Shown piece by piece: positions 1 to 12,080 of a stretch of 64,000 nt of DNA; position 1 is the stretch's first letter, and every line of letters starts with the position of its first letter. The notes under the pieces were generated by a model. It was given only the letters and a program-made list of their open reading frames with translations. It was not told the origin of the DNA and ran no database searches. The stretch spans positions 42,410,001-42,474,000 of the forward strand of contig NC_087251.1 in assembly GCF_037042905.1 (NCBI RefSeq). Direction: 5' to 3'. Position numbers and translations under genes: made by a program. The stretch comes from Lytechinus pictus (Eukaryota).

Positions 1-434
1 AAAAAGTGTGGTAAGGATTAAAAACTTGGTTAAATAGTGCTCACGCTTCTGCCATTGACTTTCAATAGATGGAAAAAGATGGTAAAAATTTACCTGTATT
101 TCTCATGTAAAAGGTTTCATGCAACAGGGCCCTAGGCCTTGTAAGGTTTAGGGATTGATCTTTGAGCCGATTTCTACAATTGATTGTGTTGATTCATTGT
201 TATAATCAATCACTTAGCTTTATTTGTATGTTACAGCACCAATGTGTGTTTGTGTTTACCCGAGTTAAAGCTAGTGGTAATCAAACAATCTAACTTGGAA
301 TGATGTGCACCCTTACATGTATAACAATTGGATAGAATCAACTCATCAAGTTGTTTTTTTAATCAGTATTCTGTTTTGCATTGCACAATGTATTTATGCC
401 TATGTTCTTAGTAATGACTCTGAATCGGTGTTAA

Positions 435-880
435 AGGGGTACTCTAGCCTGAAATTTATTTGGATTGAGTAAATGGAGTACCGTAGTATAAACAAGCAAA
501 ACACAATTTTATTGAAATTTGTATGAAAAAGAAGGAATTATGGCATTTTAGAATTTTCAGATATTTGTAATAATGTAATATCCCCACTTTATTAATGAAA
601 TTTAAAATAGGGTTTTTGTTTTGTGTATGATTATTATTTTGCTAAATGAACAATTAAAATTTGATACCGGTAAGTTACAGAATAAAAAGTATGGTGGTAA
701 CTGTATCATCATCATCTTTATCATTGTATATTCATGACGATATTACTCACAAAAATGATGTAAAACTTGAAATTCTTTAACTTCATTACTTTGCATCTGA
801 TTTCAGTGAAATTTCCTGTTTTGCATTTTTATTGGACCATTTTCTCATACATTTTACTTTCAGGGAAGAGTATACCCCTT
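435..880. mobile_element. Kolobok-like (TTAA, AG...CT) MITE, decayed
   Basis: ttaa-aggggtactctagcctgaa ... ttcagggaagagtatacccct-tca: imperfect TIRs. Confidence 0.55.
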
Positions 881-1412
881 CAGGAAAGCAGGTATTCAAC
901 TATATGTATGATGGAAACTGTAATACGAGCAATAAATATATATAGATATAATGAAAACATTCATTGTGCATTTGGTGCTGATCATGTACATGTTAATGTA
1001 GTTAGAAAAAAAATTCTAGTGAGGCCTGAAGTTTTTAGTGCAAAAAAAGTTCTTTAACAAATTTGTTAGAGCCCATCTTAGTTTAGTTAAAGCACATGAA
1101 AGTAAATGCAAATGAGCTCATTCAGCAGTAATGTTCAGTGTGGGGATTTAAAGTTTAAACTTTTTTTGGTGGGTGTTAATTGGTACCTAAGGTTAAAGAT
1201 GGTATTTCTTTATGGTCAAATATTGATGCGTCTGGAGAGCCCCTCATGTAAAGTTTCATCAGTGCTTTTCACAGACTTCATGTACACCCATCGGATGAAT
1301 ATTATGGTGCAGTTACTGCAGTCATATTTCCTACGGCAACGAAAACGGCCGTTTTATTCATTTTTATCCAAACCACAGATATGTAGCTGATACAAAAAAT
1401 GTTAAAAACCTG

Positions 1413-2226
1413 GGGCTGTATTCTGAGGTCATTTTATCTTTAAAATATTTTATTTTATCTCTTAAGATGAAATTGGTATTCTGAGATGACATTTTATCTC
1501 TCAGATAAAATTTACAAATTTATCTTGCGTATAAATTTTATCTTGCGTATCTATGATGATACGCAACAGAGCAGTGACTGCGTAGACATACCCATCGCGT
1601 ATCTGGCCATTGAAACGCGGGTGATGTGCTTGCGCCCAAGTTACTTTGAAAAAAAAAATAAGATAAATTTAAAAGAGGGTAGGGGCTATTTTATCTCCGC
1701 GACGTTGATTTCGCCAATATTTTTAGGTGAATTAACTCCAAATGTTGGCATGAAAATTAAGAAAAATGATATATACATTGAGAACAACACCTTAAAGTTA
1801 TTCCTGTACAATCGGGAAGTATTTCATAAGACTTTTCTTGACTAATATTGTCTTTGAAATGATGCTTGAAAAGATGCGAAATAGACTTCGAAAAAAAGAT
1901 GAGAGTATTGTCAGTTTTGTTAGAAAGAAATCTCTGAAAGACGTGCAAGCGTATTTTAAGTCAATAAATTGACGCAATCTCACTCCTTCGCCACACCTCC
2001 TAGCGGAATGGATTTCCATTGGTTAAATGATAAGAGAGAGCTATAAAAGCGCGTTTCTAATTGGATATTAATTACAAAATAGGTGTGTCTTACAGAGATA
2101 AAATGAAGATAAAATTGTGCTCAATACCAATTCGGAGAGATTTTAAGGGTATTTTATCTCACTGATTTTAACAGAGATAAAATATTTTATTTTATCTGAG
2201 ATAAAATGGATCTCAGAATACCACCC
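1413..2226. mobile_element. PIF/Harbinger-like MITE (814 bp)
   Basis: TIRs gggctgtattctgaggtcattttatct / agataaaatggatctcagaataccaccc, CTG target duplication, and repeated ttttatct/agataaaa subterminal motifs. Confidence 0.8.
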
Positions 2227-3221
2227 CTGTTTTCGACTCGCCGTATGGTCGCCGTAGGGGAGGTGTGACTGCGCCATAACAAATGCCTTGCTTTTTCAAA
2301 GCTTTGCACACTCCTTTTCCAAATTTTGGCCATTTAAAGATGGACATAATAATACTTGTGAGCTCTGAAATTAGTTTTGTGGTATTTAGGAAGAATATCA
2401 AAGAGAAAATGTCCATGGCAAAGTACTGCTCACATTGAAAATATACCAACTAAAAGATGTTTACTGTTGACAGACAATTAGGGTATATTTTGTTTCATGC
2501 ATTCTAATTTCAACATTAACCTGGGTTAAATGAACATCTGGGCATGTTAACACAAAGGTTAGCAATGATCGTAGAATTTTTTTAATGATTGATTTCATTG
2601 ACTACTATGTACAATTGATTGGAAAATCAAGCGTACAATTAATTGATAACCTTTGTGTTACGGGACCCAGCACAGGCAAACACTTAACAATCATTTCAAA
2701 CCATGGCTCAACCTAATGTATCTCCATAATTGTCACCACATAGAATTTGTTGCTGCTTCATAACAATTTGTGTTCATTTTGCAGCTATTCAATAGATCTT
2801 ATTACACAATGACTCCAAAGCCAATGCATTGAGAAAGGACTTGAGATAACAGATTTCTTTTTTTAAAAATCTACCGTACCTCATGAATTTCGCTTTTCGA
2901 CATTGGAAAAAAAAAAAACTACTCACAACGACATCATCATTGAGAATAGTTGCATATAAACCGATCTGTTTTTTAAGTAGTCGATATTACCATTAATTTC
3001 TTCACTTATTCAGTACATTCATGAGTTGTTAAGATGTGCAAGTTTGGACTCCAGAAATTAGCAACAAAGACAAACACACACACAAATACAAATACAGTGG
3101 AAATTCAATCAGATTAGCAATATCATATTTATGATATAGTATTGTACATGCACTTCTCTTCCCATTATTTACATGGTATTCCAGGTATACATCTCTACCA
3201 GACCAACAACAAAAAATAAAA

Positions 3222-3677
3222 AAATATTAGTACATCATTACACAAGAACAAATTAATTAATTTGCACGCATTGAATTACATGATGTTAATATAATTAAAT
3301 ATCAAAATAGAGGCATCATACGAATGAACATAGGTCGAAATGATACCGTATCATATTTGAAGACTAACAATACTATTGAAGCTTAGTTTTGATTAAGACC
3401 TCACAAAGGAATGTACACAGTTACCCTTTTTAATTTTGTTTTTATTGTGCTTGCGAGTTGTAAGAAAAGGGTGAAATTAAGATGCTGTGATTTCTCCCCA
3501 TCATAATTTATGAGATTTATAACGAGGTGAAAGTAGTTTAGATTATGAATAGAAAATAATTTAGTTTATGTAGTGTACACCCTTTTTTAAGCAACCGTGA
3601 AATATCTGCGATACTTATCATATATCCTGTCTGATTTGCCCATCCCATCCTAAAAATCAGATCTATCTAATAATGTA

Positions 3678-3725
<48 letters not shown>

Positions 3726-3814
3726 TACATTATTCTTAATCAATAAATCACTTGACAAAGCCCTATGGGCGAAAATTCATGAAATACTTTTCATTACGGA
3801 GTTTTTATTTTTTT

Positions 3815-3849
<35 letters not shown>

Positions 3850-6078
3850 CACACTGAATATAATTTGTTTGTACACTTTATACATATTCGATTTCTTATT
3901 GAATTTTCCTGTAAAAAAATATATACAATGAATAAAATATCAATCAATTTGTCATAGAGGCTTTATGCAAAATAGAAGGTCCAGGTTCTTCACAAACTCA
4001 AGCGTTTTCAAGAACTTTTAAAGGCATCACTTTACCGCAAAGCCTATATGCAGGCCTGCTGTATGACTGAGTAATCATTTTATGCCATGGAGAGCTTTAG
4101 AAGTTATTTCATTTATTAGCTTGGAGTTTATTTACATGTTTAAGTTGTAATAGAACTTGCTTATAACCTGGAGACTATACATGCATTTTTCAACGAATAG
4201 GACAAGATTTTTTTCCAATATAATTATTACAATTAAAATACATGATTTTAAGATATTCCATGGTGAAAACTAGATATTTCCTGGATAAATTTATGATATA
4301 TGTCTCTCCTCTTTAATTTTGGAGAAAATATAATAATGTGAAAATATAGTACATCATAAATTACAAGAACAAGTTAATTAATTTGCACGCATTGAATTGC
4401 ATGAAGATTGTTAATATAATTTAGTATCAAAATAGAGGAATCATAAGAATGAACATCTAGGTCGAAATGATACATTGCCGTATTAGAAGAATAAGACCCC
4501 TGTTACATCTGAGAGATTCCCTACCTTGGGCCGGCCCGGGGCCTACCTCGGGTCGGAAAGAAATCAGATGTAAACATCCCAAACCTACCTCGGGCCACCT
4601 TTTAGCGAACCTACCCGAGACCACATTCAGAGGTAGTCTCGGGTAGGTATCGGCCCGGCCCCGGTCCACCTATTCGTAGATGTAAACGCACACAAGCTTT
4701 CGAACCTATCTCGGTCCGTTCGCCAGCTGTCAAATTACGTCATAGCGTGCGCTATCCCCTCCCCAGCCCCGTCGTTCTTCGAATGTTTTGCGGCATGCGA
4801 CATGTGAATTGTGATTGATAAAGTCTTTGATTTGAGTGGAAAGAAGGAAGCATTTTAAACGTATTCTTTCCTGAAGAAATTGCTTACGACTTTCCCGAAT
4901 CAGGGAATACACATTAATATTCTTCATAATGTATTCGAGGGTCTGTACTTTTCGGGGTTTTGAATATCTAGAAATAAAAACTAACGTACGCTATCCGATC
5001 GTAACCAAATGGCGAGTTAGCAGCCGACGAGTGTAACGAAATCTAGACAATTTCAATTAGCGCGCGCAAATTATTCAGAGCCTAGATCGAGAGCGCCCTT
5101 TGGTGTCGGCAATCTGATACCGCTCGAAACCGTACCGATTGGGAGGGAATGAACGCTGTGATGTAAACAGACCACATTTCGGACTCGGTCCGTTCGCGAA
5201 GCTAATCCACCAATAATCCAGTCAAGGTTGCAATTGGACTCGGTCGGGTCTCGGGTAGGAAACTTTCAGATGTAACAGGGGTCTAACAATACTATTGAAG
5301 CTTAGTTTTGATTAAGACCTCACAAAGGAATGTACACAGTTACCCTTTTTAATTTTGTTTTTATTGTGCTTGTGAGTTGTAATAAAAGGGTGAAATTAAG
5401 ATGCTGTGATTTCTCCCCATCATAATTTTTTAGATTTATAACGAGGTGAAAATAGTTTAGATTATGAATAGAAAATAATTTAGATTATGTAGTGTACACC
5501 CTTTTTTAAGCAACCGTGAAATACCTGTGATACTTATCATATATTCTGACTGTATTACCAATCCCGTCTTAAAAATCAGACCTAATAATGTATTCATATA
5601 TATATTACACACTGAATATAATTTGTCTGTACACTTTACGCATATTTGATTTCTTATTGAATTTTCCTGTAAAAAATATATACAATGAATAAAATATAAA
5701 TTTGTCATAGAGGCTTTTATGCAAAATAAAAGGTCCGAGTTCTTCACAAACTCAAGCGTTTTCAAGAACTTTTAAAGGCAATACTTTACCGCAAAGCCTA
5801 TATGAGTAATCATGTTATGCCATGGAGAGCTTTAGAAGTTATTTCATTTATTAGCTTGGAGTTTATTTACATGTTTAAGTTGTAAAAGAAATTGCTTATA
5901 ACCTGGAGACTATACATGCATTTTTCAAAGAATAGGACAAGATTTTTTCCATCATAATTATTTCAATTAAAACACATGATTTTAAGATATTCCATGGTGA
6001 AAACTAGATATTTCCTGGATAAATTTATGATATATGACTCTCCTCTTTAGTTTTGGAAAAAAATAATAATGTGAAAAT
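3222..6078. repeat. Local tandem duplication (copy 1 about 3222-4345; copy 2 about 4346-6078 including the MITE)
   Basis: Long collinear near-identity, e.g. ctaacaatactattgaagcttagttttgattaagacctcacaaagg at about 3365 and 5283, and ccatggtgaaaactagatatttcctggataaattt at about 4258 and 5992. Confidence 0.92.
4495..5283. mobile_element. PIF/Harbinger-like MITE (789 bp)
   Basis: Perfect 18-bp TIR gacccctgttacatctga / tcagatgtaacaggggtc with TAA TSD. The empty site is visible in the paralogous copy at about 3360-3370. Confidence 0.9.
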
Positions 6079-6686
6079 GCCTCATTATTTTAGTTTTTCC
6101 CCATCAGCACAAGCCCATTGAAAAGGCCTTGTGACTTTGTGTGATATTCTTTGTCACGTAGTGGCTGAAACAAGAATAGTTGTCGAAGAGAGTTGGTGAG
6201 ACACGGTGAATGCACATTTAAGTGACTTCAATCACGAGGCCTTTTGGATTCTTGCAGAGACATAAAGCATACACGATTCCGAGGCATGCCGATACGCCAA
6301 TTGGCAATGTCAATGCGGATGATGATATGGGACCGGCACACGTTCGCTTTAAAGGGTTCATTGATGCGAACGGTATGCTCGCTGATTGGTTTCTAACTCT
6401 CTTGGGTAGCAGATTCAAGATGGGAACAGTAGACAACTTGGATATCCATGTCTTGGTACCTAAAGGCTTTGTGGCTGGTTTGTCCATCCAGGTCTGAGTG
6501 ATTAGTCTCTTTTCTACTAGTCGTTCGGTTTCTGACATACATGTCATAATAGACTTGGGGCCTAGTCTAAGGACCCCAGGTCTGGTTTGCTGCTAAAAAG
6601 TGACAAAGAAATACCTGGTATAAAGGAAAAGATTGCACCAATCCCTCCAGTTGGCTTCAGATTAATCAGCTTTAAGAAGAAGGTAT

Positions 6687-9600
6687 TTAGCGAGATACTG
6701 ACCGCCTATTTGATCTTGTAGCTTCATATTCTTCCCTCATCTTTCGGAAGTCACTCACAAAGTTGTATTGCTGTAAGTCAAATAATATAAAGAAAAAATA
6801 TGTGAAGAATGTAATTACGATGTGGGGGGACTGGAATAGAATCATTCTCATAATTCTAAAACGGGCATTTAGTTGCTCGCACAGCAGTACCAGAATCTTT
6901 TAATGAAAGAAAATATTCATTTATATTTCATATACCTGGGTATTTCATTTCTTTGTAATGAAAGTATTATAATGCCCGAAGCAAAGCATAAACAATTTTA
7001 AAAGTACATACATAATTCATATACTATTGATATTACTCTGCAACATATTTGTTAGCCCATATTTTCAGGAATGCAATCAATCAAAGTACATGTAGATCGT
7101 TTCTTCGAGCTTCCATTGGCAAGCATTGCAGGAATATAAAACAAAAATATTCATTTCATTTTAAGTTCATAACAGCTGTGTTAAGGTTTTATTTTGAAAA
7201 TGTATTCCATCTTGTTGCTTTCACGGAAAGAGGACTTTAATCAGTCCCGTTTATTGTTTTCAACTCTGTTCCACCAACATGCAAGCTAAACTGCTGGGCC
7301 CCCGTCTCACAACGAGATACGATTGATCCAATCAACCACAACTATGGAAAGCCAACGACATCAACATCTAAAATACATGTTAATTGTTATGTTCAAAATA
7401 TTGTCGAGATATCATCCATTCATTGATTTCTTGACAATTCAGTGTGCTTTTCTTTGGTTTCAAAGGACATTGTCAAATTTCCGAAAGAAAAAATTGTGAC
7501 ATTGATGGATTTCCATGTACTTGAGGTTGATCGGATCATTCGTAACTCTTTGTAAGACGGGGCCGTGATTGGTGCGCATTCGCTTCATCTGCTTACTGTT
7601 CAGTCTCATCCCATATGGTTTAATCCTATTTTGTCTCCAACCAGTTCGTCTTGTAACAATTGGACTATTACCCGCTATACCTATAAATCCACTTGGTTTA
7701 ACATTAGACAGAGTGGTAATTTGAGCAACTGACCATTAGACCAAATGAGAATTACGCCAAGTGAGTATAAGAGCAAAAGGTTTTAACTCAAGCGGTAGTA
7801 GATTATCTAAGTAGTAGACCAACGGCTTGTTTCAGACCTAGTGAATATAGAACAACATCCAATACCTTGACTGTCTGAATAGCCCGTGAACCTTTGATCT
7901 GGCGAATCCTGGTGATTGCATCTTTCCACTCCATGTAGTCATCGACCCTCAGCAGCAGGCAGGCAGCGATGAGAGAAGACCGGCCGATCCCACCAAAGCA
8001 ATGCACCAGCGTGCCTGTTCCAGCATTGAGGTTGATCCTTATCTCCTCGAGCATCTTCATGCAGTTTGCTGGAGACGGGACGAGACCGGACGGGAAGGGA
8101 TAATGGTGGACATTCAATCCTGCTGTAGTGTATTCCTGCATCAGACTACGCACCCGGTACTTGTTGAGTTCTCCTCTCGTACACAGCACAAAGACGTCCT
8201 CTACACCTTGTGAAATCAGACCATCTGTTATGAAAGAAAGCATCATAATCAAGTATCACAGATCAGTGTCATTAAAAGGGGATGCAAGTCCAGATCCATG
8301 GGGAAATTGAATCGTATGCAATTCGATAAAGGCTTATTTACTTACAAATAATAATCTGTCTGCCATGTGAGACCGTCGGACGAATGTGATAAGAAAAGGA
8401 AAGCATGAATGTGACTGAACCTAAAAGGTTCTCAACAATCCTATGTTCTAGACTTTTAACAGGTCTCACTTGTTAAATCCAACAAGTATATCCTATCAAA
8501 CCTATTGTAAGATAAATATATTGAAATTAAAAACAGTTATTTCTGGTTTTTATGTGATGACATCTTTGAAAGCATACAAGGTCTTTTGAATTCTTATCTT
8601 TGAATTCAGCATTTGCATATCCCTATCAGAAAGCTAACATTAAAGATTATATCCTGATAAGTTCATTCATTGTTTAAATAAAGAAGTGATTTAACCCCCC
8701 CCCTCCACACACACATAAAGGTAGTTATTTTCATTTTGCTCAGTATTCTAAACATAAATTTTCAAAAATCTCCAAATACATTCACTAAAACAAGTTTTTA
8801 TTTCATATCATCCACATCATAACAGTTTGTTTTATGGCATAAAATTTGAAGAGTCACTTACTGATATCACTCTCCAAGCTCCTCCAAATATCATCAAATC
8901 TACAGCCTGAAATTAAAAAAAAATAGTAAAATGGTACTGCAGATATAGATGCATCACTGAATTTAAAGGTCTAACATCAAATTTGAATGTCAATCTCACA
9001 TGCAAGGTGAAATCTACCAGGGGCCCTGTTTCATAAAACTTACGATAGTAACTTTGCCATTATTGTAACTACCATGGAATCCTTGGTTGTGATTGGCTGC
9101 TGAGTCCTGTTGCCATGGTAGTTGCAATAATGGCAAAGTCTCCAGAGTTGTAACTCTTTATGAAATGGGCTCCAGAAAATGTCTCTCTGAGCATGGTTTT
9201 AACAATAGGCCTACTCCTTTAATCCTACCATATTACATGTAGACTTAAAGCAAAAACAGATCCAAGCTGAAAGATATACTAGGTGTAAAAAACCCATGGT
9301 AATTACCATGGTAACAGCTCAGCAACCAATCATCAAGGTTGATTACTCACAAAATCCCTAGCATTTCATAGACAAAGGACTTCCTACGTGAGCTTTGAAA
9401 ATTTAGTAATTTTGATTCCAAGTAATAACAGTTTTGTGTTGTATAAGCATTGAAATAATGAGAGAGGAACAAGACAAAAATCAAAATACAGAAGAAATCA
9501 GGTTCTGCTATGAGACCAATAGTATGCTCAACTGCGTTAATACTCTTGTTTGTAATTTTTGTAAACAATAAAAACACACATACCTGGAAGACCACTAATG

Positions 9601-11766
9601 CCAAGCTTTTCCGATATTCCATACTCAGATAAATCTAACCTGTAGAGAGAGAGAAAGAGACCACACAGAAATTACAGGAAGAAGAACCAATTTCTATTTC
9701 ATTTTTTATTTAGTAAAATTTTTGAAAGTACATCGAAAGTACATCACTTTCAAATCCACTTTCCCTTAATTTGTTCTGACATCTAAACTTCATGATTATC
9801 AGAGGCCCACTAATATGAGCAAGAAAAGTTTAGTAATGTTTATATCATTGTAAAAAGTATATTAGTAACAGACACGCTATCAAATTTGTATAAGAAAGAA
9901 ATGTTCACTGCCCAGGTCTACCACAATAGTTTATATAAATGAGCAATATTTTTTTTCTTTCTATTTCCCCCTTGTTATCTTTGCAATGAGGGCTAGTAAA
10001 TTTTGAAATACATGTACTCTACTTGTTGCTGTTGATCAGTGCACCCTGAAAATAATGTTTATGAAAATATCAGGGGATTAATTCCTTGAATGCATGAGCG
10101 CTGAAAGGCAGCTCGAGCTAAGGCCAGGGTAATAATGATAATAACAACGCGCCTCGGAATAGAATATTTCTAGATAGATGGCGCTATATGAATGCCTATT
10201 ATTATTAATATTACTCAAGTAATAATGTACCCCTGTGGAAATTCAGGGCTTTAAGCCCAGTATTACTAGTCTCTTACCAATCAATCTGAAATGGTGATTT
10301 ATCAACAGCTTCTTCATCATCATCTGAAGAATCAAATCCACTGCTACAAGCTCTCACTGATTTGTCATCGCTTCTACCCTTTAAACAAGGTACAAGAACA
10401 TATAACTTGGTGTAAATTATCATTGTTACACATGTATGCTTGGACTTAAAGAAAAAAAAAACAATTTTTTAGAATTCTGTAAACAAAAGAATTTCCACAA
10501 ATTATAGAATACTTGACACATCCCTACAAGCTACATGTATGTGCGAAAATTCCTGACAATCTTTGTTAACAGAGCTTTTCTAAATTTTGAGTACGCCTAT
10601 TTAAAGTCTCAAACCAGAGCTTAAAATAACATTGGCAAATTTTACAAAGCACAATGTAAGTTTCGATGCGTATACATTGCCAGCCAGTTATTTTGCTTTT
10701 AAAGGAAAAACTCAAATTGGCAGATGGTTTGAACACAGCTAGGCTTCATTGTACCGGTACTTGAATTACGTGTAGGATGGGGGGTCGGGTGTCCGGACAC
10801 TTTATATTTTTGAAGCCTTCTTTTTTGTCTTAGGATTACACTAAAAATATGAATTCAATGGAAGTAATCATCTTCTATTTTGTTCTCTATAATATTTCCT
10901 AATACTAAAAATTGATGAAACTTCGCTTGTAAATTTTTCCAAATGACTTTCTAAAATTGATCGTCCGGACACACAACAACTGGGTATATGTGTAGTCATA
11001 ATGATGTCAGCAGGGCTGTGATTTCATCTAGAGGATACACCCATATAAATTATTGATAATTACAAATTCCCCATTTCCACTTAATGAATTCAATTAGAAA
11101 AAAAAATCCAGAGGAAAATGCCATAGACATTCAGAACTTGAAGGGATGGTCCAGGCTGAAAATACTTATATATAATTAAATAGAGTAAAATTCACAGAGC
11201 AAAATGCTGAAAATTTCATCAAAATCGGACAATAAATAACGAAGTGATTGAATTTTAAAGTTTATCAATATTTTGTGAAAACAGTTATATGCACATCGTA
11301 ATGAATATTCATTAGGTGGGCTGATGATGTCACATCCCCACTTTCCTTGTTCTTATTACATGAAATCATAAATATTTCATTTTTTGTGTAATTATCTGTA
11401 AATACTAAAATGATGTGTCTCCATTATCTGAATTCTGATTATGATGAAATAAGTTGCGGCAATGATTAACTAATGCACTTAATCAGTTGTCAATCCTATT
11501 GTTTTAGTTCTTGGTAGAACATTTTTTGAATAAACCTAATTTCCTATAATAAAATACAAAAGAACAAGTGGGGATATGACATCATCAGCCCAATGATCAT
11601 GGCAGCCCCGGGGGCCGGGGCATGGCAATGCCAATGGAGCTCCTTACCGCAACGCACGGGACGCCCTCCAACCCCGGCCTCCAAGTTCCAACATATCATC
11701 ATCATTTATGATTTATTCTAATTGTTTATTAACACTTACTCGTAAAGTATCGGTAGGAACTCCCAT
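6687..11766 (-). CDS. CDKN3: Cyclin-dependent kinase inhibitor 3 (KAP dual-specificity phosphatase), 6 coding exons, 223 aa
   Basis: Exons 11740-11766, 10278-10378, 9584-9639, 8862-8906, 7866-8224 and 6687-6770 join in frame (672 nt) with GT-AG borders. Protein reads MGVPTDTLR...FDSSDDDEE...PFQIDWLDLS...LGISGLPGCRFDDIWRSLESDI...VFVLCTRGELNKYRV...HCFGGIGRS (CX5R catalytic loop)...AIQTVKQYNF...RSVSR*, matching CDKN3 hallmarks. Confidence 0.95.
7296..7564. mobile_element. Small Harbinger-like MITE in CDKN3 intron 5
   Basis: TIRs ggcccccgtctcacaacgagatacgattgatcc / ggatcattcgtaactctttgtaagacggggcc. A second family member lies at 37833-38108 in the opposite orientation. Confidence 0.7.
9021..9172. 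mobile_element. 152-bp Harbinger-like MITE
   Basis: CAG TSD on both sides; gggccctgtttcataaaacttac / gtaactctttatgaaatgggctc; palindromic interior. Confidence 0.7.
11142..11590. mobile_element. Truncated Kolobok-like MITE in CDKN3 intron 1
   Basis: Starts agggatggtccaggctgaa. Shares tgctgaaaatttcatcaaaatcgg and inverted internal blocks with the 34219-34809 type. Confidence 0.5.
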
Positions 11767-12080
11767 AGTTGATGAAATAGAGTTTATATTCTACAGTGAT
11801 CGTCTTAATCAAGATAGTTGGGCCTGAATAATCTGCAAGACTGCATTCGTCGAGGAGATTTGACCACAAGTCGCAGCAGCATGTACACGTACACACGCTA
11901 GCAAAGCATTGTTTACTAATTTGAAGTTTGGTGCGGCTTGCTCCGGATTCCGTGATTGGACCTTCATGTCTCCCTTGCCACGCCCATTATGAGATAAAAT
12001 TGTAAACAAGGTTTACTCTGCACCGCTACTGACCGTTTTAGACTTTTTGTGATCTATTTCATACGCGTTGAAACTGAAGG
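11767..12080. promoter_or_regulatory. Putative bidirectional promoter between CDKN3 and CEP15
   Basis: Only 314 bp separate the divergent ATGs. CpG-enriched; contains TTTGAA (CHR-like, 11920-25) and ATTGG (CCAAT box, 11955-59). Confidence 0.6.
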
